Virus record (IMG/VR): IMGVR_UViG_3300037603_000040
DNA: 64,000 bases
Direction: 5' to 3' (one strand)
Source of the DNA: an uncultured virus (IMG/VR IMGVR_UViG_3300037603_000040)
Taxonomy: Duplodnaviria; Heunggongvirae; Uroviricota; Caudoviricetes; Schitoviridae
Numbering within the stretch: the first letter of the stretch is position 1; every line of letters starts with the position of its first letter. The notes beneath the pieces were generated by a model. That model ran no database searches. It saw only the letters and a list, made by a program, of their open reading frames with translations, and was not told the origin of the DNA. Made by a program: the position numbers and the translations under genes. This document shows, in pieces, positions 17,850-27,397 of the stretch.

Positions 17850-17884
17850 ATCACACCGAACCGCATCAAATCGCACCAAAGTGC
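17850..17884 (+). repeat. pentamer array upstream of parA (operator/parS candidate)
   Basis: ATCAC ACCGA ACCGC ATCAA ATCGC ACCAA AGTGC. Confidence 0.75.
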
Positions 17885-17930
17885 AATTTTGCCCCCTGAA
17901 GTTGCAAAACCCTGAAAAAAGGATACTCAG

Positions 17931-18203
17931 ATGACACCTTTCCAACAGATTCCTGATGGTCTCGTGATCACCCTTCAAAAGGGAATCTATCGTCAGACTC
18001 CCCTCTTCCAACGGGCCGGTAATGTCTACGCCAAAATCGGCAGTGGTTTTATCCGGTTGTACAAAAACGGCGGAACCAGTGTCCCGTCGATCTCCTGGAA
18101 GGAATACGACCCAGGTCAGGCAAAGATCGGAGAAGACTCCTTCGCTCTGATCATTCGCACCAGCACACATATCCACAAGAAAGCCTATCCCAAGGCCGTC
18201 TGA
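17931..18203 (+). CDS. hypothetical protein
   Basis: 90 aa with AAGGA RBS; GIYRQ..LF.R...YAK.GSGFIRL. Confidence 0.7.
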   Translation: MTPFQQIPDGLVITLQKGIYRQTPLFQRAGNVYAKIGSGFIRLYKNGGTSVPSISWKEYDPGQAKIGEDSFALIIRTSTHIHKKAYPKAV

Positions 18204-18220
18204 TCCAGAAAGACTTTCCC

Positions 18221-19567
18221 ATGAATCTACCCACAGCTCCGGCAACCTCTGTTGCCATGACGCCTGATCAGCAGCAGGCCTCTGATGCGTTCTATCGCTT
18301 TCTCATGAGCGATGAGACCATCTTCATCCTCTCTGGCGGCCCTGGTGTGGGGAAGACCTGGCTCATGGGTCATCTCTGCGATGATGTGCTCAGCCTCTAC
18401 GCAGACTCCTGCCGGATGCTTGGCCGGGAGATCCAGTTCAAGTCTGTTCACTTCACAGCCACCACCAACAAGGCTGCGGAGATCCTGGAGCACTCCATCA
18501 AAAAGCCGGTCCAGACCATTCACAGCTTCCTCGGCCTCAAGGTCAAAGAAGATTACAAGACCGGCAAAACCGATCTCATCAAGACCAATAACTATGAGAT
18601 CAAGAAGAACATCATCCTCTTCATCGACGAATACTCGATGATCGACACGACGATGTTCAAGCTCATCATCGACACTCTGCCCTACTGCAAGATCATCTTC
18701 GTCGGTGACGACAATCAGATGGCTCCGGTGGATGAGAGCAAGTCCCCCGTCATGTGCGCCATCACACCGGACAATCATGCTTTCCTGAACCAACCAGTTC
18801 GGAATGCTGGGGCTCAGCCTCTGGTCGATATCTGCAACCAGTTGCGCCAAACAGTCGAGACCGGAGTCTTCCACCCCATCAAGGAAGTCCCCGGCTACAT
18901 CGAATACCTGGATGATGCACAGATGCAGCAGAAGCTAGATCAGCACTTCCAGGATCTCGATCCTTCCTGCCGGGTGCTTTGCTACACCAACTCACGGGTG
19001 AAGCAATTCAACGACCATATTCGTCAAGTGGTTCGTGGAATGCCTGCCGAAATCCAGGTTGGGGACACCCTGGTCGTTGCTCAGAATGCTCAGACCACAG
19101 CAGGTCAGACCATCAACGTGGAGCGGGAAGTCTATGTCACACATATCGGGCCTGCCATGGACACCGGCCTGGATCCTTCGATCTTCGAGGATGGCAAAGA
19201 GCTTCTCTATCAAGAAGTGAAAGTCAGAGTCCTACCTTTCCACAAGAACGATTATGTTCTGCGAGTTCCGCTGGAAAACGAGCGTTGGAGTATTGCTGTG
19301 AAGTATTTCGCCAGGATCAAAGACTGGCACAACTACTTCGCCCTGAAGAACAAATTGGCCGACCTTAGAGACAAGGCTGCCTGCACTGTCTACAAGGCAC
19401 AAGGCTCCACCTACGACTTTGTCTTCCTGGATCTGGGAAACATCGGAACCTCTTTCGATGCCGAACAGGTTGCCAGGATGCTCTACGTGGGCTTCTCCAG
19501 AGCCAAGTCCAAAGTCTACCTCTATGGGCAGCTCCCCAATAAATACACCTATCCCCGCACTCCCTGA
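18221..19567 (+). CDS. SF1 DNA helicase (Dda/RecD-like, N4 gp37-like)
   Basis: GGPGVGKT, TATTNKAA, IDEYSM, GDDNQ, TVYKAQGST, YVGFSRA. Confidence 0.92.
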   Translation: MNLPTAPATSVAMTPDQQQASDAFYRFLMSDETIFILSGGPGVGKTWLMGHLCDDVLSLYADSCRMLGREIQFKSVHFTATTNKAAEILEHSIKKPVQTIHSFLGLKVKEDYKTGKTDLIKTNNYEIKKNIILFIDEYSMIDTTMFKLIIDTLPYCKIIFVGDDNQMAPVDESKSPVMCAITPDNHAFLNQPVRNAGAQPLVDICNQLRQTVETGVFHPIKEVPGYIEYLDDAQMQQKLDQHFQDLDPSCRVLCYTNSRVKQFNDHIRQVVRGMPAEIQVGDTLVVAQNAQTTAGQTINVEREVYVTHIGPAMDTGLDPSIFEDGKELLYQEVKVRVLPFHKNDYVLRVPLENERWSIAVKYFARIKDWHNYFALKNKLADLRDKAACTVYKAQGSTYDFVFLDLGNIGTSFDAEQVARMLYVGFSRAKSKVYLYGQLPNKYTYPRTP

Positions 19568-19587
19568 ACCAGAGAGGAACCCTTCCT

Positions 19588-20088
19588 ATGTCAGACGCTC
19601 ATAGACACATCGTCAGCGATATTGTGGAGAAGCTCTTTACCAAAGAGTTCCGCAACATGGAACGCATCAAAACAGAGCTGATCGAGGCAAACCATGCCCT
19701 CGGCAACCCCAAGGAAGGGTTCCTCTACAAGGGCAGGTTTCACACCAATGTCCCTGCTTCTCAACAGAAAGACCTGATCAAAAAGATGCTCCACATGGAT
19801 CTCTATGATCGAGGCAACTTTTACACTGAGACTCTCGACAGGCTCACCAAAGATGAACAGAAGGTTCGTCAAGGTCTCAGCCTGATGATCTCTCCCTGTG
19901 TCACGGCACAGGATGTCCGGGACTCTCTCCCTGAGATCGTTCTCGATCTTCTTCCTGCTGATATCCAGGCACTCTCCCGCACTCGGCCGGAATCCTGGAG
20001 ATTTTCACATCAACCGATGCAGCTATTGCAGCAGGAAAACGTGAACGGCCTGATCTCTTTCTATGTGGCAAACAGGATGCTTTACTGA
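19588..20088 (+). CDS. conserved N4-like protein (gp38-like)
   Basis: Lies between helicase and polymerase; QDVRDSLP motif. Confidence 0.7.
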   Translation: MSDAHRHIVSDIVEKLFTKEFRNMERIKTELIEANHALGNPKEGFLYKGRFHTNVPASQQKDLIKKMLHMDLYDRGNFYTETLDRLTKDEQKVRQGLSLMISPCVTAQDVRDSLPEIVLDLLPADIQALSRTRPESWRFSHQPMQLLQQENVNGLISFYVANRMLY

Positions 20089-22127
20089 TGCAATTCCAGA
20101 CATTCTCCGATCAACCGCAGTCCTCCTATCCTGTCGCAATCCTGGCTCCCAAATTGGAAGCCGACAAGATGCGCGTGGAATACCTGGATCCGATCTGCCT
20201 GGATCCGGATACTGTCATCTCCTATCAGCTTCACCGCACCGGCAAGAAGACTCCTGTAGCAGTCCAGAAAGAGTATCTCGACGAGCTCTGTGATATTCTG
20301 GTCAGTGTCCACACTCAGTATCTGCTTGTGGCCGATGCTGAGTATTTCAAGACTCTGACCGGGGTGAACAAATCGGACAGCTACCTCGGCTATGTCATGC
20401 CCAACACATATCCTGAAGCCCACAAAGGCCGCTTCAGGGTCATCTTCGTCCCCAACTATCGGCAGGTCTTCTATGACCCCATGAAGACCCGAGCCAGGAT
20501 CAAGCAGAGCCTCGATGCCCTCTATGACCATGCCAAAGGCCGGTATCAGGATCCAGGTGAGTCCATCATTCACTTCGCAGCTTACCCTGAGAACCTGACC
20601 GATATCGCAACCTGGCTCCAGAAACTCCATGAGATGAACTGTGACCTTACCTGCGATATCGAGGGCTTCTCTCTGAAACACTATGATGCCGGAATAGGCA
20701 CCATCTCCTTTGCCTGGAACAAGCATGAAGGTATCGCCTTCGCTGTGGATCTCGGACCCAATGCAAAAGCTGTCCGAAAGCTGCTTCTTCAGTTCTTCCG
20801 GGACTTCAAACGGAAGATGATCTACCACCACATCACCTATGATGCCACGGTGCTGATCTATCAGCTCTTCATGGATCACCTGATCGACACTGAAGGTCTC
20901 CTGGATGGTCTCAGTGTCATGCTTCGTGACTTCGATGACACCAAGTTGATCACCTATCTGGCCACCAACACCTGTGCAGGCAACGAACTGGGTCTAAAAA
21001 TCCAGGCACAGGAATTCGCTGGCAACTATGCTGTGGAAGAGATCACGGACATCACCAAGATCCCTCTCCCAGATCTGCTCGAGTATAACCTCGTGGACTG
21101 TCTCTCCACCTGGTATGTGCGTGAGAAGCACTGGGACACCATGGTGGCAGATGATCAGCTCCAGATCTATGACGAGCTCTTCAAACCGGCTGTCTTTGAC
21201 ATCGTTCAGATGCAGCTCACCGGCATGCCGGTCGATCCTGTGGCTATTGCAGAGGCCAAGAAAGTCTTCCTCGAAGACAGCGAAGCCGCAGTCAAGATCA
21301 TCAGAAAGCACAAGTGGGTTCGACAGTTTTCCTACATGCTCGAAGAAGATCATGTGGAAAAGCGTAATGCCACGCTGAAGAAGAAGCGGATCAAGATCGG
21401 GGATGAACCTCAGCAGTTCAATCCCAACTCTCCGCCTCAGAAGCAGCGGCTCCTCTATGAGGTTCTCGAGCTGCCAGTGATTGAGAGAACCAAGACCAAA
21501 CTCCCAGCCACTGGCTCCTCTGTCCTGGAGAAGCTCAAGGCCTATACGGAGGATCCAGAGATCAAGTATCTTCTGGATGCTCTTCTCGAGTTCAGTGTCG
21601 TGGACAAGCTCCTCAACACGTTTATACCGGCCCTGGAGAGTGCTGTCCTGGCTCCGGATGGGTGTCACTACCTCTTCGGCAACTTCAACCTGGGAGGCAC
21701 TGTATCGGGCCGCTTGAGCTCTTCTGAACCCAACCTTCAGACAATCCCGTCCAAGAAGAACAAGTTCGCCAAGAAGGACTACAGCAAGCTCATCAAGAAG
21801 TGCTTCATCGCCCCCAAAGGCTGGGTGATGATCGGTCTGGATTTCAACTCTCTTGAAGACATGATCTCTGCTCTGACCACCAAGGATCCCAACAAGCTGA
21901 AGGTCTACACCGACGGCTTCGATGGGCATTGCTTGAGGGCTCAGAGCTACTTCTCCGAGAACATGCCCGATGTGGAAGTGGCTCCCGAAGGAGCTCGCTG
22001 CTTCAAAGCCGTGGTTGGCGAGAAGATCATCTACTTCCACGAGAACGAGGAAGTTGAATACCAGGGAACCAAGATGACCGGGCTCGAGCTCTGGAATCGC
22101 CTGGCCAACGTAAGGGAAACGGCATGA
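20088..22127 (+). CDS. family A DNA polymerase, N-terminal part (exonuclease through motif A)
   Basis: CDIEGFSL (ExoI), YNLVD (ExoIII), GTVSGRLSSSEPNLQ, LDFNSLED (motif A), DGH. Confidence 0.92.
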   Translation: MQFQTFSDQPQSSYPVAILAPKLEADKMRVEYLDPICLDPDTVISYQLHRTGKKTPVAVQKEYLDELCDILVSVHTQYLLVADAEYFKTLTGVNKSDSYLGYVMPNTYPEAHKGRFRVIFVPNYRQVFYDPMKTRARIKQSLDALYDHAKGRYQDPGESIIHFAAYPENLTDIATWLQKLHEMNCDLTCDIEGFSLKHYDAGIGTISFAWNKHEGIAFAVDLGPNAKAVRKLLLQFFRDFKRKMIYHHITYDATVLIYQLFMDHLIDTEGLLDGLSVMLRDFDDTKLITYLATNTCAGNELGLKIQAQEFAGNYAVEEITDITKIPLPDLLEYNLVDCLSTWYVREKHWDTMVADDQLQIYDELFKPAVFDIVQMQLTGMPVDPVAIAEAKKVFLEDSEAAVKIIRKHKWVRQFSYMLEEDHVEKRNATLKKKRIKIGDEPQQFNPNSPPQKQRLLYEVLELPVIERTKTKLPATGSSVLEKLKAYTEDPEIKYLLDALLEFSVVDKLLNTFIPALESAVLAPDGCHYLFGNFNLGGTVSGRLSSSEPNLQTIPSKKNKFAKKDYSKLIKKCFIAPKGWVMIGLDFNSLEDMISALTTKDPNKLKVYTDGFDGHCLRAQSYFSENMPDVEVAPEGARCFKAVVGEKIIYFHENEEVEYQGTKMTGLELWNRLANVRETA

Positions 22128-22864
22128 TCCAGATTGATGATCTCATCGACACCGTCTGTGAAGTGGATCCAGGAGAGCACGATGTAAAGCGCATCAACTC
22201 GATCAAGGATCTCTACCCCACAGAGAGACAGGACAGCAAGGTTCCCACTTTCCTGCTCACCTATGGGGGCACCTACATCGGCATGATGGCTCAGTGCGAC
22301 TTCGACAAGCCTGCTGCACAGAGCATCGAGCATCGCTATCACCAGCTCTACAAGGTGAGCGACGAATGGGTGGCTGAGAAGCTTCAGCTCGCAACCAAGG
22401 ACGGCTACGTTACGGCCGCCTTTGGTCTGCGGGTGAGAACCCCTCTCCTCAAGCAGAGTATTCTAGGCAACCGTGCCACCACCTGGGAAGCGGAAGCCGA
22501 AGGACGCACTGCCGGGAATGCACTGGGTCAATCCTGGTGCCTTCTCAATACTCGAGCACACATGGCTTTCATGCAGAAAGTCAGGAAGCATCCCAAGTAT
22601 CGCACCCTGGTTCGACCCACGGCGCATATCCATGATGCAGGCTATTACCTGATCCCTGATGACATCGACGTTCTCCTCTATGTCAACAAGGAGCTGGTGA
22701 AAGAGGTGCAATGGCAGAACCATCCTGACATTGCGCATGACACTGTCCACCTCGGCGGAGAGCTGTCGATCTTCTACCCCAACTGGGCCAGTGAGATCAC
22801 CATACCCAATGGCGCCAGTGCTGAAGAGGTTCTTCAGACGGTGGCCAAGAAACTCAACAAATAA
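22124..22864 (+). CDS. family A DNA polymerase, C-terminal part (motifs B and C)
   Basis: RQDSKVPTFLLTYGG (motif B), RTAGNALGQS, HIHDA (motif C). ATGA overlap with the N-terminal part. Confidence 0.9.
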   Translation: MIQIDDLIDTVCEVDPGEHDVKRINSIKDLYPTERQDSKVPTFLLTYGGTYIGMMAQCDFDKPAAQSIEHRYHQLYKVSDEWVAEKLQLATKDGYVTAAFGLRVRTPLLKQSILGNRATTWEAEAEGRTAGNALGQSWCLLNTRAHMAFMQKVRKHPKYRTLVRPTAHIHDAGYYLIPDDIDVLLYVNKELVKEVQWQNHPDIAHDTVHLGGELSIFYPNWASEITIPNGASAEEVLQTVAKKLNK

Positions 22865-22875
22865 AGGAAATATCA

Positions 22876-23226
22876 ATGAACGAGCAAGTCGCAGTGAGTG
22901 CTCCCTGGTTCTTCATGGCCACGGTTCTTGCAACCTATGTGCGCCAGGTCGAAGACGCTGAGGTGCCCAAGCAGCGGACCCTCAACGTCCTGTTGCAGGC
23001 AGAGTCCCCCAACATCACCAAGAACGAGCTCAACGTGCTCAATCGGTCGGCCATCAGCCGCATGTGCCAGGAACATGAGATCACCCCCGACGCTGTTCGG
23101 GATGTGGTCTTCCTGAACATCACGCCCTTGGGCATGATGACCCCGGAACAATTCCACGGGGATGACTTTGTGACCGAGAAGCCCAAACCGGCTGCCCCGG
23201 CCAACAAGAAAAAAGCCGCCAAGTAG
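22876..23226 (+). CDS. hypothetical protein
   Basis: 116 aa with AAGGA RBS; LG.MT.EQF motif. Confidence 0.7.
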   Translation: MNEQVAVSAPWFFMATVLATYVRQVEDAEVPKQRTLNVLLQAESPNITKNELNVLNRSAISRMCQEHEITPDAVRDVVFLNITPLGMMTPEQFHGDDFVTEKPKPAAPANKKKAAK

Positions 23227-23256
23227 GTTTTTTCGGGTTCCTTTTTCACAGAAAAA

Positions 23257-23291
23257 AGCACACCATACCGAACCACACCGCAGCAAATCAT
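23257..23291 (+). repeat. pentamer array
   Basis: AGCAC ACCAT ACCGA ACCAC ACCGC AGCAA ATCAT; intergenic. Confidence 0.75.
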
Positions 23292-23331
23292 CCCGTTCAT
23301 GGGGTGATTTGCCACCCAAAGGAGATTTTCC

Positions 23332-24303
23332 GTGAAGATGACGAACATCACAGGCATCAGCCTGCCATTGGCCGTTTGGTTGGCGGCCGACGATTACGAT
23401 TTCAACCCGAAAGACCGAGCCATCTCGGCCACGGCACTGCTGAAGCCCTCCCGGCAAATTCTCCTCCGGGAACGCATCCCCCCTGAAGAAGCGCCCTCGA
23501 TCGACGTGGCAGATCGTATCGCTTCCAGGCTTGGCCATGCCATTCATGACAGCATCGAGAAGGCCTGGGTCACAGACTACAAGACCGCCATGCTGCAACT
23601 GGGATATCCCCAGAACATCATCGACAAGGTCGTCATCAATCCCACTCCAGCTCAAGCCAAGGGCGATATCATCCCCGTCTACCTGGAGCAGCGAGCCAGC
23701 CGCACCATCATGGGCTTCCGGATCTCCGGCAAGTTTGACCAGAGTGTTGATGGTGAGCTCAACGACACCAAGTCCACCTCTGTCTTTTCCTACATGTCTG
23801 GCGACAAGGATGAGGATTACAGCCTTCAGGGCTCGATCTATCGCTGGATCCATCACGACAAGATCACGTCGGACTATATCCAGATCAACTTCGTCTTCAC
23901 CGACTGGCAGCGAGCCATGGCAAAGGCCAACTCGGATTATCCGCAGCAGCGGGTGATCTCCAAGCGCATCCCGCTTCTGTCTCTGAAAGAGACCGAGACC
24001 TGGATCATGACCAAACTGCGTCACTTGCAGGATCATGCAGATCTCCCCGAGCAGCAGCTTCCCCGCTGCACCGACAAGGATCTGTGGAGATCCGGCCCGG
24101 TCTGGAAATACTACTCCACTCAAGCTGCCGCAGATGCAGGTGGCCGTTCCCAGAAAAACTTCGAAGACCCTGCTTTGGCTCGTGCCCATGTGGCAGAGAA
24201 AGGGAAAGGTGTCATCGTCGAGGTTCCAGGAAAGGCCCGTGCCTGTGCCTACTGCCAAGCAGCCATTCTTTGCACTCAGAAAGATGAGTATGAACATGCT
24301 TGA
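23332..24303 (+). CDS. PD-(D/E)XK exonuclease (N4 gp42-like)
   Basis: ISATALLKP, G.AIHDSIE, EQR, GKFD...DTKST, QGSIY, C-terminal C.YC...C. Confidence 0.85.
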   Translation: MKMTNITGISLPLAVWLAADDYDFNPKDRAISATALLKPSRQILLRERIPPEEAPSIDVADRIASRLGHAIHDSIEKAWVTDYKTAMLQLGYPQNIIDKVVINPTPAQAKGDIIPVYLEQRASRTIMGFRISGKFDQSVDGELNDTKSTSVFSYMSGDKDEDYSLQGSIYRWIHHDKITSDYIQINFVFTDWQRAMAKANSDYPQQRVISKRIPLLSLKETETWIMTKLRHLQDHADLPEQQLPRCTDKDLWRSGPVWKYYSTQAAADAGGRSQKNFEDPALARAHVAEKGKGVIVEVPGKARACAYCQAAILCTQKDEYEHA

Positions 24304-26458
24304 CCTCTCCACTGTCCCTCATCACCGCAGCGTCCAGGAAATCTCTGAGGTGCTCTGCAATCGAACCAGGAAGGATGACCCCGTCTTCTTCCGCATCCTC
24401 ACCACCTACTACCTGGGCTCCATCGCAGCCTGTATGAGAGCCAAGGTGAACGGTGTGGATGGTGAGATCCCCCTCAATAACTACGTGATTGCACTGGCCC
24501 CCTCTGGCTTCGGCAAGGGCAAATCCACCTATGCTCTCGAGCAGAACATCACGGCTGACTTCCGAAACACCTTCCGGGACCATGTGCTGCCCAATCGGGC
24601 AGAGCAGAACATGTGGAAACTGGCCAGCCGTCGGGCAGCTATCTCCGGCACCGACGATCAGACCGAATATGACAAGCTCAACGAAGAATTCGTCAAATGC
24701 GGCGAATACGAGTTTGTCTTTGATGGTGGCTCAGAGCCTGCCATCAAACAGATCCGTCAGCTTCTACTGTTGGCTGACTGCGGCTCGATCAATTACCAGG
24801 TGGACGAGATCGGCACCAACCTGGAAAAGGCTGCCACTCAGGAAGCCATGGCCGTCTATCTGGAGCTCTATGATCAGGGCATGATCAAGAACAAGCTCAC
24901 CAAGAACTCCAGCGACAACAAGCGCACCAAGCCCATCGAAGGCAAGACTCCGTCCAATATGCTCCTTTTCGGCACACCCACCAAACTTCTGGACAGTGGG
25001 CCGACCGAGAAGCGGTTCGAGTCTCTCCTGGAAACAGGCTATGCTCGCCGGTGCCTCTTTGCCTTCGGGGATCCTTCGACATCCATGGATCTCAACCTCA
25101 CCCCCGAGGAGATCTACGATCGTCGAGCCAGTCCCAAGAATGACGCTCAGATCAACGCCTGGGCCAATCACCTGGCCAAGCTGGCAGATCCATCCAAGCT
25201 CAACTGGACGATCGACATTCCGCGGTCTGTAGGCATCGAGCTGGTTTCCTATCAGCAGTCCTGTGAACAACAGGCATCGGAGCTGCCTGAGCATGCAGAG
25301 ATCCAGAAACACGAGCTTCAGCATCGCTACTTCAAGGCACTGAAGGTCGCTGGCATCTACGCCTTCGTGGATGAGTCCCTGGTTCTCACCCGTGACCATC
25401 TGCTCTCGGCCATCAAGCTGGTCGAGGAATCCGGTGCAGCATTTCAGAAGATGCTGCGTCGGGAGTCTGCCTATGCCAAGCTGGCACGCTATATCGCCAC
25501 TTCCGGCAGAGAGCTGACCCATGCCGATCTGGACGAGCTGCCCTACTACAAGGGGAGCCAGAGAGACCGGCAGGATCTGATGACCATGGCTGCGTCCTGG
25601 GGCTACAAGCACCACATCGTGCTCAAGAAGCACTTCATCGAGAACATCGAATTCTTCACTGGCGAAACCATTGAAGAGACTGATCTTTCGAAGATGCTTG
25701 TCTCCTACTCGAATGACTATGCCTACAACTACGGTATGGATCATGCGGCCTTCGATCAATTGCACTTGATGACCCAGGCTCCTGGTATTCACTGGTGCAA
25801 TCATGCTTTCGAGGGTGGTCATCGTCATGACGACAATGTCATTCCAGGTTTCAACCTCATTGTCCTGGATATTGACGGTGGGATCCCCATGCAGACCGTT
25901 CATGACCTGCTCGAGGATTACATGTTCCTGACCTACACCACGAAGCGGCACACACCTGATACCAACCGCTTCCGGCTCATCATGCCGTCCAGCTACAACC
26001 TCAAGCTCGAGAAAGAGGATTACCGGGAATTCATGACCAACCTCATGAACTGGCTCCCCATTCCGAACAATGCTTTGGACAGCGCCTCTCTTCAGCGATC
26101 GAAGAAATGGGCCAGCCATGATGCTGGGACATTCCACTACAATCTCAATGGCAACCCTCTGGACGTTCTGCCCTTCATCCCGAAGACCTCGAAGAACGAA
26201 CAGCACCAGCAGAAAGTCACTGAGCTTGGCTCTCTGGACAATCTGGAACGCTGGTTCGCTCAGCAGTTCGCTGAGGGCAACCGGAACAACCAGATGGCCC
26301 GCTATGCCTTTGCTCTTGTCGATGCTGGCTTCAGCTACAACGAGATCGAGGGCAAAGTCATTGCCTTCAATGGCAAGCTTTCCAACGGACTCACGCCGGA
26401 CGAGCTGCGCTCGACCGTGCTGAAGTCCGTGGCCCAGAAACTGTCGAAGCAGCCCTAA
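24296..26458 (+). CDS. DNA primase (N4 gp43-like)
   Basis: PSGFGKG, DEIG.NL, LLFGTP, GYARRC; AEP-like LDIDG..TT..H..RFRLI; GNRNNQ PriCT-like tail. Confidence 0.88.
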   Translation: MLDLSTVPHHRSVQEISEVLCNRTRKDDPVFFRILTTYYLGSIAACMRAKVNGVDGEIPLNNYVIALAPSGFGKGKSTYALEQNITADFRNTFRDHVLPNRAEQNMWKLASRRAAISGTDDQTEYDKLNEEFVKCGEYEFVFDGGSEPAIKQIRQLLLLADCGSINYQVDEIGTNLEKAATQEAMAVYLELYDQGMIKNKLTKNSSDNKRTKPIEGKTPSNMLLFGTPTKLLDSGPTEKRFESLLETGYARRCLFAFGDPSTSMDLNLTPEEIYDRRASPKNDAQINAWANHLAKLADPSKLNWTIDIPRSVGIELVSYQQSCEQQASELPEHAEIQKHELQHRYFKALKVAGIYAFVDESLVLTRDHLLSAIKLVEESGAAFQKMLRRESAYAKLARYIATSGRELTHADLDELPYYKGSQRDRQDLMTMAASWGYKHHIVLKKHFIENIEFFTGETIEETDLSKMLVSYSNDYAYNYGMDHAAFDQLHLMTQAPGIHWCNHAFEGGHRHDDNVIPGFNLIVLDIDGGIPMQTVHDLLEDYMFLTYTTKRHTPDTNRFRLIMPSSYNLKLEKEDYREFMTNLMNWLPIPNNALDSASLQRSKKWASHDAGTFHYNLNGNPLDVLPFIPKTSKNEQHQQKVTELGSLDNLERWFAQQFAEGNRNNQMARYAFALVDAGFSYNEIEGKVIAFNGKLSNGLTPDELRSTVLKSVAQKLSKQP

Positions 26459-26587
26459 GCCACGGGGCCTCGACAGTCTGTCCCCACCGGGTCGTTATCT
26501 CCTGCCACGACACTTGTGGTAGATCCGGTGGGGAACACTTTCGTTTTTTCGGGTGTGCATTGCATGCCCTCTACAAAAGGAAACCCA

Positions 26588-27334
26588 ATGCCCGACATCA
26601 ATGACCAGCTCATCATGATCGCTGGCGAGAGTGCGTCTGGTAAGTCTGCCAGTCTCGCCAAGCTCCAAAACCAAAGCCGGGTGATGTATCTCAACTGCGA
26701 GAGCGGCAAACGTCTGCCTTTCCCGAACCAGTTCAAAAGCTATGTGATCACCGATCCATACCAGGTTCACGAAGCCTTCATGGCCACTGAGTCAGGCGGT
26801 CCCCTGGAATCGCAAATCGACACCATTGTCATCGACACAGCGACGTTCCTCATGGAAATGTTTGAGTCTGTTCATGTCGTCGGATCGGCCAACACCATGG
26901 CTGCCTGGGGCGACTATGCTCAGTTCTGGAAGAACTTGATGCAGATCTATGTGGCCCGCTCTAAGAAATCTGTGATCTTCCTGGCTCACACTAAGGCAGA
27001 GCTCGACGAGGCCAGCATGGAAATGCGCACCGCTGTTCCTGTCAAAGGGTCACTCAAGAACAATGGGCTCGAAGCCTATTTCTCGACCGTCGTTGCAACC
27101 AAGAAAGTTGCTCTCAGCAAGCTTGAGCCCTACAAGAACAAGATGCTCAACATCACGGAAGACGACGAACTGCTCGGATACAAGCACGTCTTCCAGACCC
27201 GGCTGACCAAGGAAACCCGTGGAGAACGCATTCGTTCGCCCATGGGGATGTTCACGAAGGAAGAAACCTTTATGGACAACGATGCTCAGCTTCTGCTGAA
27301 CCACCTCAACGCCTACTACGGCGTCCCGGCTTAA
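26588..27334 (+). CDS. AAA ATPase, Sak4-like (N4 gp44-like)
   Basis: GESASGKS, LNCESGK.LPF, VIDT, FLAH, IRSPMGMF. Confidence 0.85.
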   Translation: MPDINDQLIMIAGESASGKSASLAKLQNQSRVMYLNCESGKRLPFPNQFKSYVITDPYQVHEAFMATESGGPLESQIDTIVIDTATFLMEMFESVHVVGSANTMAAWGDYAQFWKNLMQIYVARSKKSVIFLAHTKAELDEASMEMRTAVPVKGSLKNNGLEAYFSTVVATKKVALSKLEPYKNKMLNITEDDELLGYKHVFQTRLTKETRGERIRSPMGMFTKEETFMDNDAQLLLNHLNAYYGVPA

Positions 27335-27345
27335 TTGTCGGATCA

Positions 27346-27380
27346 GTCACACCACCCCAAACCAAACCACCCCACTCCAC
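27346..27380 (+). repeat. pentamer array
   Basis: GTCAC ACCAC CCCAA ACCAA ACCAC CCCAC TCCAC; upstream of the SSB gene. Confidence 0.7.
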
Positions 27381-27397
27381 TCAGAAGGAAAAGAACC

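Noticed and set aside
17787..18245. N-terminal extension of ParA in the ORF track (396 aa)
   Set aside because: The true start is the ATG at 17786 with an RBS just before the Walker A motif. The extension overlaps a real + strand gene and the repeat array.
21998..22200. Split intein in the DNA polymerase (CF... at the end of part 1; MIQI...N-S at the start of part 2)
   Set aside because: The two pieces total only about 70 aa, far too short for a Hint domain. There is no TxxH or HN motif, and INSI is native polymerase sequence.
23332..24303. Cas4-like nuclease as evidence of CRISPR
   Set aside because: It is the standard N4 gp42-like replication nuclease in its usual position.
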